A stretch of 64,000 nucleotides of DNA from Aulosira sp. ZfuVER01. GTDB taxonomy: Bacteria; Cyanobacteriota; Cyanobacteriia; Cyanobacteriales; Nostocaceae. The first letter of the stretch is position 1; every line of letters starts with the position of its first letter. Below, one piece after another: positions 10,469-20,534 of the stretch. A program made the translations under genes and the position numbers. The DNA is taken from the NCBI GenBank assembly GCA_034530615.2, contig JAVRCV020000025.1:96001-160000 (forward strand), read 5' to 3'. Under the pieces are notes generated by a model that saw only the letters and a program-made list of their open reading frames with translations, was not told the origin of the DNA and ran no database searches.

Positions 10469-12301
10469 ATGTCGCTCATAGTTCAAAAATACGGTGGTAC
10501 CTCTGTTGGTTCAGTTGAACGTATTCAAGCTGTTGCCCAACGGGTTTATCAGACTGTTCAAGCGGGAAACTCACTGGTGGTGGTGGTTTCCGCAATGGGT
10601 AAAACAACTGATGGACTTGTCAAGCTAGCTAATGGTATCTCGACAAATCCTAGCCGCCGAGAAATGGATATGCTGCTTTCTACTGGGGAACAGGTAACTA
10701 TTGCCCTATTGAGTATGGCATTGCAGGAGATTGGACAACCGGCAATTTCCATGACTGGTGCCCAAGTTGGAATTGTTACCGAAGCAGAACACACCCGCGC
10801 TCGGATTTTGCACATTGAAACCGATCGCATGGTACGCCATCTCAATCAAGGTAAAGTCGTTGTAGTTGCTGGATTTCAAGGCATATCCAGCACGGAAGAA
10901 TTAGAAATTACAACTTTAGGACGTGGCGGTTCCGATACATCAGCAGTCGCATTGGCAGCTGCATTAAAAGCGAATTTTTGTGAAATTTATACAGATGTAC
11001 CAGGGATTCTGACTACAGACCCTCGTTTAGTTCCCGAAGCTCAACTGATGGCAGAAATCACCAGTGACGAAATGTTAGAACTGGCAAGCTTGGGAGCCAA
11101 AGTGCTACATCCCCGTGCGGTAGAAATTGCCCGGAACTACGGTGTACCCCTAGTAGTCAGGTCTAGCTGGACTGATGACCCTGGTACTTGGGTAACATCA
11201 CCTCAACCCCAAGGGCGATCGCTCGTGAATTTGGAAATTGCTAAAGCCGTAGATGGTGTAGAGTTTGATACAGACCAAGCAAGGGTAGCTCTCTTGCGTG
11301 TACCCGATAAGCCAGGGGTTGCAGCTAGGTTATTTGGTGAAATCGCTCGACAGCAAGTAGACGTAGATTTAATTATCCAATCGATTCATGAAGGTAATAG
11401 CAATGACATTGCCTTTACCGTGACAACACCAATATTAAAGCGGGCAGAAGCAGTAGCCGCTGCGATCGCTCCTGCACTGAGAAGCCATCATGCCAATGAC
11501 GAAGAAGCTGAGGTGATGATCGAGCAAAATATCGCCAAAGTCAGCATTTCAGGCGCAGGAATGATTGGGCGTCCCGGTGTTGCAGCCCAGATGTTCGCGA
11601 CTTTGGCCGAAGCAAATGTCAACATCCACATGATTTCCACCAGCGAAGTCAAAGTCAGCTGCGTAGTTGCAGCCGAAGAATGCGATCGCGCCGTTGCAGC
11701 CCTGCGTAGTACTTTTGAAATTGAAGCAGAGGATGAGGGAACAAGGGGACAAGGAGGAATCATTGAAAAAACTTCTCCTCTGTCCCCAAATTCTCCCCCT
11801 GTCCGTGGTGTGGCTTTGGATATGAATCAAGTGCGTCTGGCAATTCGCCAAGTACCAGATCGTCCGGGGATGGCGGCGAGGCTATTTGGATTATTGGCAG
11901 AATACAACATCAGCGTTGACATGATTATCCAATCTCAACGCTGCCGGGTAGTTGATGGCATTCCGCGCCGAGATATTGCCTTTACCGTTGCCCGCATCGA
12001 TGGGGAAAATGCGCAAAAGATGCTTTCTCAAGCAGCTACAGAATTAGGCTGGGGAGAAGTGGTTCTAGATACTGCGATCGCAAAGGTAAGTATCGTTGGT
12101 TCTGGGATGGTTGGACACCCAGGTGTGGCTGCCAAAATGTTTGAAGCTTTAGCGCATAACCAAATCAATATTCAAATGATTGCTACCTCAGAAATCAAAA
12201 TTAGCTGTGTTGTAGCACAAGAGCAAGGTAGTAAGGCTTTGCAAGTAATTCATGCTGCTTTTGATCTGGCTGGTAGCGAAAAATTTGTTGTACCTGCGTA
12301 G
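10469..12301 (+). CDS. lysC: Aspartate kinase (cyanobacterial four-ACT type)
   Basis: QKYGGTSV, TLGRGGSDTSA, four ACT repeats. Confidence 0.97.
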   Translation: MSLIVQKYGGTSVGSVERIQAVAQRVYQTVQAGNSLVVVVSAMGKTTDGLVKLANGISTNPSRREMDMLLSTGEQVTIALLSMALQEIGQPAISMTGAQVGIVTEAEHTRARILHIETDRMVRHLNQGKVVVVAGFQGISSTEELEITTLGRGGSDTSAVALAAALKANFCEIYTDVPGILTTDPRLVPEAQLMAEITSDEMLELASLGAKVLHPRAVEIARNYGVPLVVRSSWTDDPGTWVTSPQPQGRSLVNLEIAKAVDGVEFDTDQARVALLRVPDKPGVAARLFGEIARQQVDVDLIIQSIHEGNSNDIAFTVTTPILKRAEAVAAAIAPALRSHHANDEEAEVMIEQNIAKVSISGAGMIGRPGVAAQMFATLAEANVNIHMISTSEVKVSCVVAAEECDRAVAALRSTFEIEAEDEGTRGQGGIIEKTSPLSPNSPPVRGVALDMNQVRLAIRQVPDRPGMAARLFGLLAEYNISVDMIIQSQRCRVVDGIPRRDIAFTVARIDGENAQKMLSQAATELGWGEVVLDTAIAKVSIVGSGMVGHPGVAAKMFEALAHNQINIQMIATSEIKISCVVAQEQGSKALQVIHAAFDLAGSEKFVVPA

Positions 12302-12378
12302 ATTCTTGAAACGAAATTAAAGCTCAGATGATTGAGGCGTTTTGCAGCAGTCTGCGACTTTCAACTGAGCAAGTTGAG

Positions 12379-12417
12379 CAGGGGGTCTGATTGAATACAT
12401 ACCCCCTGTTTTTCTTT
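12379..12417 (+). terminator. Intrinsic terminator of lysC
   Basis: CAGGGGGT...ACCCCCTG then TTTTTCTTT. Confidence 0.7.
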
Positions 12418-12469
12418 GATACATACTGACTGTCGTAAAGAACGAGGGAAACCCTACCCCTACAGATGC

Positions 12470-12500
12470 ATCTGTCACGTTCTTTTTTCAAATTGGTATA
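12470..12500 (-). repeat. Partial copy of the TACCAATT-ended MITE-like repeat
   Basis: Reverse complement TATACCAATTTGAAAAAAGAACGTGACAGAT matches the left ends at 14984 and 30135. Confidence 0.65.
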
Positions 12501-12850
12501 ACCCCTCTTTTATCACTACGGGGAGAGAATAATACTCTACCCAATCTGAACCTTAGACAAAATCATCAATTGAGCGATCGCATGATCATTTTCTCATTTA
12601 ACTTAGCTTGTTGATAAATAACCCAATAATAAGACTTAGGGATTATTCTCTGCTGAAAGTAACAAAAGAGGGATAACTCTTTCACAATCCAAAATCTAAA
12701 ATGGTATTAGGCTTGAATTTTTTTGAAATGCCCTGTATAAATCAACTAACACTAGGGTAATTGAGGTTTTTATCTATACAAAAAATTTTTGCTCGGTAAT
12801 AATACGCAAGCTATAATCAAATAATTCCGGATAAAACTATATTTATTTTC

Positions 12851-14854
12851 ATGCATAGTCACCTTCTGGATGCACGTTACCGAATCTTGACGATATTGAG
12901 TGCGGAAGAATTGGCACAAACCTATTTGGTTGAAGATACTAATCTTCCTGACAGTCAATTTGTCTTAAAGCAACTACATCCTGCTAATAAAAATCCCCAA
13001 GATTTAAAGATACTGAATCGTTTGTTTACAGGTGAGGCGGAAACCTTAGAAAAACTAGGTCAGGAACACGATCGCATCCAGAAGCTAGTTGGTTATTTTC
13101 AAGAAAATGAAGAATTCTATTTAGTTCAAGAATTTATTCCTGGTAATTCTTTAGCTGAAGAAATGTTACTAGGAACTCCTCTAGAGTCAGAGCAAGTCAT
13201 AAATCTCTTATCAGAGGTATTAGAAATTTTGGTATTTGCCCATAGTCATGAGGTAATTCATCAGAATATTAAACCCACAAATATTATTCGCCGTGAGTCA
13301 GACAAAAAGTTAGTTTTGGTTGATTTTGGTTCTATTAAAGAAATTGTAACTACTATTGTTGGCAATCTCGAATATATACCTGTAGAGCAATTACATGGTA
13401 ACACTCAATATAACAGCGATATATATGCTTTAGGAATATTGGCGATCGCAGCACTCATCGGTTTAAATGCAAATGAAGTAGCTATATTACCCAGCCAGAA
13501 AAATCTGCTGACAGGTGAAATTGTTTGGCGGACAAAAATTCCCCACATTAACCGGGAATTAGCAAAAATTATCGATAAAATGGTGCGATTTGATTACCGT
13601 AAACGCTATCAGTCTGCTACTGAGGTTTTACATGACCTCAAGCAATTAAATAATTATGGTGATGAAAAGCAGAAGCACGAAAATAGAAAACCTTGGTTAA
13701 TTTTGACAGGAATAGCTAGCTGTATTACCCTTGGCGTAGCAGCTTGGTTTTTCCTCATACCAAAGCCTAGCAGCGATCCAAAGCTATTATATCTCCAAGG
13801 CGTAGAAAAGTATGAGGCAGGAAAGTATCAAGAAGCAGTGAATGATTTTACTCAAGCTATTGAAATTAATCCTCGAAATGCTCTAGCTTATAATCGGCGT
13901 GGTGATGCTTTTTATCGATTAGGAGATTACCAAAAATCTCTATCAGATTCTAGCAAAGCTATTCAGCTTAATCCTCAAGATGCTAATGCTTACTACGACC
14001 GAGGCTTTTCTCATTATGAATTAGGAAAGTATAAAGAAGCGATCGCTGATTATACCAAGGCAATTAAACTCAATGCCAAAAATCCATATAATTACTATGG
14101 ACGAGGTCTGGTGCGTGCAAAACTCAAAGATCATCAAGGTGCAATGGCTGATTTTGGCAAAGCGATCGCCCTGAAACCCAAGTATACTGATGCCTATTTA
14201 CAACGGGGTATTCTCCACCGTCGTTTGAGACATAAACAAGCAGCAATTCAGGATTTTGATACAGCACTTGAGATGAATCCTCATGATGCTCAAGCTTACT
14301 ATCAAAGGGGTTTAACTCAATTTACCTATAACCAAAATCAAGCGGCAATTCAGGATTATAACCGAGCGATTGAATCAAATCCCAAATATATAGAAGCGTA
14401 TCTCAATCGGGGAGATGTTTATAGTGACATGGGGAAAAATCTAGAAGCAACTGAAGATTATAATCAGGTTTTACTGCTGAATCCCAAATTATCTATAGCT
14501 TACATCCATCGAGGTAGGCACCGTTTTTCTGTAGGTGATTATCAAGGAGCAATAGCAGATTATACTGAAGCAATTAAACTAGAACCGAAAAATGCCGCAG
14601 CTTATAACAACCGGGGTAATGCTCACCTCGAACGGGGAAATAAAAAAGCGGCAATTGCAGATTACTCTCAAGCGATCGCAGTTAATTCTACCTATGCCTC
14701 AGCTTTCTATAATCGGGGTTTAATTCTGGCTAAACAAGGCAATAAAAAAGCAGCGATCGCAGATTTTCAAGCAGCAGCAAAACTATTTCAAAAAAAAGGG
14801 GAGAAAAATAGTTATCAAGATGCACAAAGGGAAATTAAAAATCTGCAAAAGTAG
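12851..14854 (+). CDS. Ser/Thr kinase-like (probable pseudokinase) membrane protein with TPR repeats
   Basis: Pkn2-like fold with HQNIKP in place of HRDIKP, one TM helix, about 10 TPRs (AYxNRG). Confidence 0.88.
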   Translation: MHSHLLDARYRILTILSAEELAQTYLVEDTNLPDSQFVLKQLHPANKNPQDLKILNRLFTGEAETLEKLGQEHDRIQKLVGYFQENEEFYLVQEFIPGNSLAEEMLLGTPLESEQVINLLSEVLEILVFAHSHEVIHQNIKPTNIIRRESDKKLVLVDFGSIKEIVTTIVGNLEYIPVEQLHGNTQYNSDIYALGILAIAALIGLNANEVAILPSQKNLLTGEIVWRTKIPHINRELAKIIDKMVRFDYRKRYQSATEVLHDLKQLNNYGDEKQKHENRKPWLILTGIASCITLGVAAWFFLIPKPSSDPKLLYLQGVEKYEAGKYQEAVNDFTQAIEINPRNALAYNRRGDAFYRLGDYQKSLSDSSKAIQLNPQDANAYYDRGFSHYELGKYKEAIADYTKAIKLNAKNPYNYYGRGLVRAKLKDHQGAMADFGKAIALKPKYTDAYLQRGILHRRLRHKQAAIQDFDTALEMNPHDAQAYYQRGLTQFTYNQNQAAIQDYNRAIESNPKYIEAYLNRGDVYSDMGKNLEATEDYNQVLLLNPKLSIAYIHRGRHRFSVGDYQGAIADYTEAIKLEPKNAAAYNNRGNAHLERGNKKAAIADYSQAIAVNSTYASAFYNRGLILAKQGNKKAAIADFQAAAKLFQKKGEKNSYQDAQREIKNLQK

Positions 14855-14983
14855 TCAGTAATCGTTAAAATTTCTTGCCTAAACCTCGTGTGACAAGTCA
14901 AAAGATAGGATTTTTTAAATTTTGAATGAGTTAATTGTGAATTTCCGCTCGTGAGTAGACTAGTAGCGATCGCGCATTTACTC

Positions 14984-15070
14984 ATACCAATTTAAAAAGA
15001 GAATGCGACAGATGGATTCACAGAAGCGAGATGCAGAAACCAATTCCCAATCTAAAATCCAAAATGGTAT
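14984..15070 (+). mobile_element. ~87-bp MITE-like repeat
   Basis: Imperfect terminal IR ATACCAATTT...AAAATGGTAT; GAATGCGACAGAT core shared with other copies. Confidence 0.65.
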
Positions 15071-15116
15071 TAGATAGTTAGAATATAACCGAACAAGCTA
15101 GTATTGAGTTGGATAC

Positions 15117-15569
15117 GTGCGCAAATCTCAATTAATTTATACATTATTAGCACTGAGCCTAGTAAGTATCCTTGGCTTCTCTTATTTCAACAAGCGATCG
15201 CAGATTACTGCGTGCAAGCCGTCCCAATTTATCGCTGCCCAAGGTAAACAATACTTATATCCAAAGAAAATAGTAATTCAGCCTTGGCGCGGTCAACATC
15301 ATGTCTATGGTGTATTTTCTGTTGCCAAAGAATATAAAACTGACAACTTAGTCCAGGTTACATTACCCGATCGCATCACCGAATGTGGAATTGTAGATCC
15401 TATCGATAACTCCTATAGTAGCGGTGCTTATGCTCAACCAGGACATTATCTAGTCAAAGGATATTTAAATACAAGAATTGCTCTTTGGTTGATTGTCCTA
15501 GGTAAGGGAAATCAATTAGCCCAACCCAATAATTGGACATTGGGTTATATCAAGAAAGAGCAAAAATGA
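15117..15569 (+). CDS. Hypothetical secreted/membrane-anchored protein
   Basis: 150-aa ORF, N-terminal hydrophobic segment, fills the intergenic gap. Confidence 0.7.
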   Translation: MRKSQLIYTLLALSLVSILGFSYFNKRSQITACKPSQFIAAQGKQYLYPKKIVIQPWRGQHHVYGVFSVAKEYKTDNLVQVTLPDRITECGIVDPIDNSYSSGAYAQPGHYLVKGYLNTRIALWLIVLGKGNQLAQPNNWTLGYIKKEQK

Positions 15570-15574
15570 TATTT

Positions 15575-16783
15575 TTAGATCAACATCCCTGCAATACAAG
15601 CGGTAATAAAGCCAGCGAGTAATCCGCCAATCATTGATTTTACACCCATACGAGCTAGATCGTGCTGGCGATCGGGTGCCATACCTGCAATACCACCAAT
15701 CGTAATTCCAATTGAGCCGATATTCGCAAAATTACATAATGCGTAAGTTGCAATAATTACTGCTCTTTGAGAAATTTTCCCACTGGTAATTAATGCCTTT
15801 AAATCGAGGAAAGCAATAAACTCATTGAGAATTGTCTTTGTACCCAACAATGCCCCTACTTGCCGACAATCAGCCCAAGGCACACCCATCAGCCAAGCTA
15901 CAGGAGCCATAATAAAAGACAAAATCCACTGTAATGACAACTGTGGCAAACTCACCAACCCCCCCAACCATCCCAGCAAGGCATTGAAGGCAGCAAGTAA
16001 CCCCAAAAAGGCAATGATCATTACCCCAACGTTGACTGCTAATTTCACACCATCAATTGCTCCTGTAGTAGTAGCATCAATCACATTCACGTAATTTGTC
16101 TCTACATCCATCTTGACATTGCCTGCGGTTTCAGATATTTCTGTTTCTGGATAAAGTAATTTTGATACCACCAAAGATGTAGGGGCAGTCATAAAGAAAG
16201 CAGCTATTAAATGCTCTGCTGGGATACCAAATGATAAATAAGCCCCCAATACCCCCCCAGCAATTGTGGCAAAACCACCAGTCATCACAGCATGGAGTTC
16301 CGATTGAGTCATGCTTGCTACATAGGGTTTAACCATTAGTGCTGACTCCGTTGGCCCCAAAAATATGTTACCTGCGCAAGATAAAGACTCAGAGCCTGAT
16401 GTTTTCATTGTCTTCATCATCACCCAAGCCATCCCACTGACTACTCGCTGCAAAATGCCATAGTAGTACATGACACTAATAAAAGCCGAGAAAAAAATAA
16501 TTGTGGGTAACACTTGAAAGGCAAATAAATGGTCTTTGAAATTATCTCCAAAGACAAATTTGGCACCAACATCAGAGAAGGCTAAAAAATTACTGACCAC
16601 ATCTCCTAGAGTTCTAAATACAGCCAAACCACCAGGAGTTTTGAGAATCAGCAGTGCCAATGTAAACTCCAAACCCAAACCCCAAGCCACAGTTCGCCAA
16701 CGTACAGCACTGCGATTGACCGAGAGAGCGTAGGATATACATATAAAAACTAATATTCCTAGGGCGGAAATGGCACGTTCCAT
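15575..16783 (-). CDS. nupC: CNT-family Na+/H+ nucleoside transporter
   Basis: FAFQVLPTIIFFS, GGFATIAG, CNFANIGSIG motifs; start chosen at MERAIS. Confidence 0.92.
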   Translation of the reverse strand: MERAISALGILVFICISYALSVNRSAVRWRTVAWGLGLEFTLALLILKTPGGLAVFRTLGDVVSNFLAFSDVGAKFVFGDNFKDHLFAFQVLPTIIFFSAFISVMYYYGILQRVVSGMAWVMMKTMKTSGSESLSCAGNIFLGPTESALMVKPYVASMTQSELHAVMTGGFATIAGGVLGAYLSFGIPAEHLIAAFFMTAPTSLVVSKLLYPETEISETAGNVKMDVETNYVNVIDATTTGAIDGVKLAVNVGVMIIAFLGLLAAFNALLGWLGGLVSLPQLSLQWILSFIMAPVAWLMGVPWADCRQVGALLGTKTILNEFIAFLDLKALITSGKISQRAVIIATYALCNFANIGSIGITIGGIAGMAPDRQHDLARMGVKSMIGGLLAGFITACIAGMLI

Positions 16784-16897
16784 GTTAATTCCCAAAAATG
16801 CACTGCTCAAATACTAGGTCACAAAGCATACACAAAAATATGCTCTTTTTGACAAATGAGTTTGATAACCTAAAACTTACTTACCTAAAAATTACTT

Positions 16898-17173
16898 ATG
16901 AAACGAGCGTTTCGCAAATATCATCGCCAGATTGCCATTATTCTCTGTCTGCCCTTGTTTCTCACCCTGTTAACAGGGATGAGTTTTACTATTGCCCATG
17001 AATGGCTGCACCAAGACGAATTAGGTGAATTTCTTCTGCATATTCATACGCTAGAAATCTTCCATTTAGAAAAAATCTACCCACTTTTAAATGGCTTGGG
17101 ATTAGTCGGCTTGTTGATTACTGGTTTGAGTATGACTGGCTTATTTCGTAAACGTTCAGATTCACACAGCTAG
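16898..17173 (+). CDS. Small PepSY-associated TM helix protein
   Basis: RKYHR...LTG, a second His (LHIHT), two TM helices ending ITGL. Confidence 0.8.
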   Translation: MKRAFRKYHRQIAIILCLPLFLTLLTGMSFTIAHEWLHQDELGEFLLHIHTLEIFHLEKIYPLLNGLGLVGLLITGLSMTGLFRKRSDSHS

Positions 17174-17189
17174 GTGTCTATCGTTCCTC

Positions 17190-17280
17190 AAAAAAAAGAC
17201 CCTCGGTATTTAGCCGAGGGATTCTGCAAGTCGGTATTGTCGCACAAAGACATTCGCGAATTTCAAGATACCAACTTGAC
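17190..17280 (-). ncRNA. Candidate sRNA or structured 3' UTR (hairpin plus terminator)
   Basis: Minus strand: 11-bp stem CAAGUUGGUAU/AUACCGACUUG, then CCCUCGGC/ACCGAGGG hairpin and a U-run. Confidence 0.4.
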
Positions 17281-17438
17281 AATTAAAATATCTGCCAAAA
17301 TGCCAGATCAATATGCTTAGGGCAGTTCAAATGTTCAGGTAATTATCGATTTAGGCGATCGCTCATTTCCGGATTGCTAAAATCTAGTGTAGAGGTGTTC
17401 GCCGTTAGGCTTATCGCTGTTTTCACCCAGATGTAGTT

Positions 17439-17762
17439 TTAACTTTCCTTCTGCTTTGTCAACTTTTGCACTAATATTTGCACAGCCAAAGCCAATAGAC
17501 CAACAGCGACTAGAGCAAATATTCCAGCACCCAAGGCGACTAAGCCGACTACCAATGTCCTAACTGCGGAGGTTAGTCTTACCACTAATTGGTTATCTGA
17601 ATGGATGGGTTTGTTCGCAAAACTTGTGGCGATCGCAATCATCAGCGAATATAGTGCATATCCTAATCCTCCGGAAATGATCGCTCCAGTTACACAACGT
17701 AACGGACTAGTTTGTACCTGTGCTTGAGTATCTGCTTCGGGAATTAAATTTGGTTCAGTCAT
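17439..17762 (-). CDS. DUF3082-like membrane protein
   Basis: SPLRCxxGA, SAVRTLVVG, two TM helices; lies downstream of ispE. Confidence 0.8.
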   Translation of the reverse strand: MTEPNLIPEADTQAQVQTSPLRCVTGAIISGGLGYALYSLMIAIATSFANKPIHSDNQLVVRLTSAVRTLVVGLVALGAGIFALVAVGLLALAVQILVQKLTKQKES

Positions 17763-17767
17763 AGAAT

Positions 17768-17855
17768 TGTCATTGGTCATTGGTCATTGGTCAAGGTTCA
17801 ACAGTCAACAGTCAAAAAATTATTTTCCCTTGTCCCCCTCATCTCCCTCATCCAT
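17768..17855. repeat. STRR heptamer tandem repeats
   Basis: (TCATTGG)3, (TCAACAG)2 and a CCCTCAT-type tract. Confidence 0.75.
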
Positions 17856-17857
17856 CT

Positions 17858-18811
17858 TTAAACTGAGGATGCAATCTTAATTCCATGTGTAATCGTCCGC
17901 GTCACAAACAATTCTAAATCTTCATCAGGAATTGCGGCTCTGATTTGTTGCTTGACTACTTCTGCTTGCTGTTGCGACTCAACCAGAGCAAAAACTGTGG
18001 GGCCGGAACCGGACATCATTGTTCCTAACACGCCTTCCTGTGACGCAAATAATTCTCGCAGTTGCAGAACTTGGGGATACTCTGGTAAGACTACACGCTC
18101 TAGATCGTTATGCAATTTTTGAGCGATGTCTGCTGCATCTTTATTGGCGATCGCTTTGACCATCGGCCCAGAGTGAACTGCATTAGCACGAGCGATTAAG
18201 TCGGCATTATCTTTTATATATGTATTACCAAACTGCTGCCGATAAGTTTTGTACGCCCAAGCAGTGGAAACTTCTAAGCTCCGATATTTCGCCAATACTA
18301 TATATATATTGTCTAAACTCGGCAGGGGAGAAAGTTGCTCGCCTCTACTTGTAGCAATAACCGTTCCACCTGCGATACAGAAGGGTACGTCTGAACCTAA
18401 GATAGCTCCTAATTCTTCGAGTTCTGTTTGAGTTAACCCCAGATTCCAGAGTAAATCTATCCCTACCAACACGGCTGCGGCGTTTGTTGAACCTCCAGCC
18501 AACCCAGCTGCTACCGGAATATGCTTGTCGATGGTAATTTCTACTCCACCATACTTGGCAAAGGTATCTGGAAATTCCTTCACCATGAGTTCCGCTGCAC
18601 GGTATGCCAGATTAGTTTTGTCTGTGGGTACTTTTGGGTGGTTACTGTGGACGCGAATAGTGTCTGTGCTCAGAGAACGTACACTAATCTGGTCTGCGAG
18701 GTCGATACTTTGCAGTATCATCGCTAACTCATGAAATCCATCCGGGCGATTGCCAATGATTTCCAGATACAAGTTGATTTTAGCAGGGGCAATTAAGCTG
18801 TAGGAACGCAT
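17858..18811 (-). CDS. ispE: 4-diphosphocytidyl-2-C-methyl-D-erythritol kinase
   Basis: APAKINL, IPVAAGLAGGS, LGSDVPF, MSGSGPTVF. Confidence 0.97.
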   Translation of the reverse strand: MRSYSLIAPAKINLYLEIIGNRPDGFHELAMILQSIDLADQISVRSLSTDTIRVHSNHPKVPTDKTNLAYRAAELMVKEFPDTFAKYGGVEITIDKHIPVAAGLAGGSTNAAAVLVGIDLLWNLGLTQTELEELGAILGSDVPFCIAGGTVIATSRGEQLSPLPSLDNIYIVLAKYRSLEVSTAWAYKTYRQQFGNTYIKDNADLIARANAVHSGPMVKAIANKDAADIAQKLHNDLERVVLPEYPQVLQLRELFASQEGVLGTMMSGSGPTVFALVESQQQAEVVKQQIRAAIPDEDLELFVTRTITHGIKIASSV

Positions 18812-18830
18812 GTTGAGTCGTGAGTAGTCC

Positions 18831-19646
18831 TTACTCAGAGATGAGTAGGTTGGCTAGAGTTACCCATTGAGAGACGCTGAGGTCTTCAGCGCGTACCTGG
18901 GGATTTATCTCTAATTGTTCCAGTAAGTGGGTCAGGCGATCGCGTTCTACTACTGGTTGTAAATTATTTCGTAACATTTTCCGCTTCGCCCCAAACCCCA
19001 GCTTGATTAAATTCTCCAATTTTCGCGGGTCAATTGCTGGTGTTTCTATCTGTCGCGGACGCAACCTGACTACTGCTGAATCTACTTTTGGTGCTGGATG
19101 AAATGCACTTGCTGGGACTGTACAAATTAACTCACATTCTGCCAGATATTGCACCCTTACACTCAACGCTCCAAAAGCTTTGGAACTCGGTTTCGCATAC
19201 AATCTTTCTGCTACTTCTTTTTGCACTAATAGCACTATTAAATCAAACGGTTTTGGATTGGGATTGGCAATAGTACCAAGGAGTTTTTCGATTATCGGAC
19301 CTGTAATGTTATAGGGGATATTAGCAACTACTTTATTTTGGTTTTGAAAATTAGGAAATGCTCCCAAATTTCCAGGTAAATCTAAAGTCAAAAAATCTCC
19401 TTGCAGTAGGAGAAAATTTTCTCTTTTACCTAATTGCTTGGCCAATAATGCACACAAATCGCGGTCAATTTCCACCGCAACTAACGATTGTACCAAAGGT
19501 AATAAACGACGAGTCAGAATACTGGTTCCCGGGCCAATCTCCAGAACGCGATCGCTCTCCTGACACTCCGCCGCCAATACAATTGCATCCAGAGCCTTTT
19601 CACTTTTGAGCCAATGCTGAGCAAAGACCTTGCGCGGTCGCACCAT
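18831..19646 (-). CDS. rsmA: 16S rRNA m6,2A dimethyltransferase
   Basis: FAQHWL, LEIGPG, ANIPYNIT, PAPKVDS, KRKMLRN. Confidence 0.97.
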   Translation of the reverse strand: MVRPRKVFAQHWLKSEKALDAIVLAAECQESDRVLEIGPGTSILTRRLLPLVQSLVAVEIDRDLCALLAKQLGKRENFLLLQGDFLTLDLPGNLGAFPNFQNQNKVVANIPYNITGPIIEKLLGTIANPNPKPFDLIVLLVQKEVAERLYAKPSSKAFGALSVRVQYLAECELICTVPASAFHPAPKVDSAVVRLRPRQIETPAIDPRKLENLIKLGFGAKRKMLRNNLQPVVERDRLTHLLEQLEINPQVRAEDLSVSQWVTLANLLISE

Positions 19647-19951
19647 CTATTTTTCGCTCCCTGTATAGTTTCTAGCGTTTCGCAAAAAATCCGTTTCTTA
19701 CTTTTTTCTTACTTTTTACTACCCCTTTTTGTCCCATTTTGCCTGCTTTGCTATTGACTTTTGCATTTAAATGTGGGTTAAATGCAAAAGTTTGGAAATC
19801 TGCCTGCGCGAGTTTTGATTGTATAGCAGTGACTTCCAGTCGCTATAAGATGTCATAAAATCAGACTTTAATCATTTTCTCTGAAGATGTGAATAAAGTG
19901 AAATTTAGGCGATCGCTTATTATAACTTGATATTAATTACGAGAATTTTTA

Positions 19952-20056
19952 AACGCAGAGGGGCACAGAGGTAGCGCAGAGTAACGCAAAGGTTTTGGAA
20001 TTTTACTCATGACTATATTATCTAATTTCTCTGTGCGCCTCTGCGGCTCTGCGTGA
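19952..20056. repeat. CGCAGAG-type inverted repeat cluster
   Basis: ACGCAGAG..GCACAGAG..GCGCAGAG facing CTCTGTGC..CTCTGCG..CTCTGCGT. Confidence 0.6.
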
Positions 20057-20143
20057 AAAAAATTTTTTATCGAAATCGCCCTTGATACCGTTGTATATAT
20101 ATATGGTATTTTTGAAAAATCTTAGATAAATACTGAAAGCACC

Positions 20144-20533
20144 ATGCCAGAAACACCTTCGGATAGCATTTGGATTGTCACAGATGAAACTCCTAAAATA
20201 TCCATTCCTGACGGTACTAAAGGCGGGATTACTAGAAGCGGTGACTGGGCCGAGGAAACCAAAGAAATTACCAGAAGTAAAAGCGATGGAGATGCAGTTA
20301 AAGTTAGTGCCCAAAAATTAGAGCAAGAAATGTCCCACTTTCTGCAAGTGGTAGGACGTTTATTCAGCCGTGCAGAACAGCAAGCTAAAGTTAACTCTGG
20401 GATGCAGCTAGAAGAAATTGAACTCTCGGTAGAAATTAGTGCTGAAGGAGAAGTAAAGTTAATTGGCAGTGGTGCTAAAGCTAGCGGTAAAGGAGCAATA
20501 AAGCTGACCTTCAAACGGCAAGAATCAAAGTGA
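20144..20533 (+). CDS. Pepco/Trypco-like peptidase co-occurring domain protein
   Basis: LEEIELSVEISAEGEVKLIGSGAKASGKGAIKLTFKR signature; stop codon 1 nt before the caspase start. Confidence 0.75.
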   Translation: MPETPSDSIWIVTDETPKISIPDGTKGGITRSGDWAEETKEITRSKSDGDAVKVSAQKLEQEMSHFLQVVGRLFSRAEQQAKVNSGMQLEEIELSVEISAEGEVKLIGSGAKASGKGAIKLTFKRQESK

Positions 20534-20534
20534 G

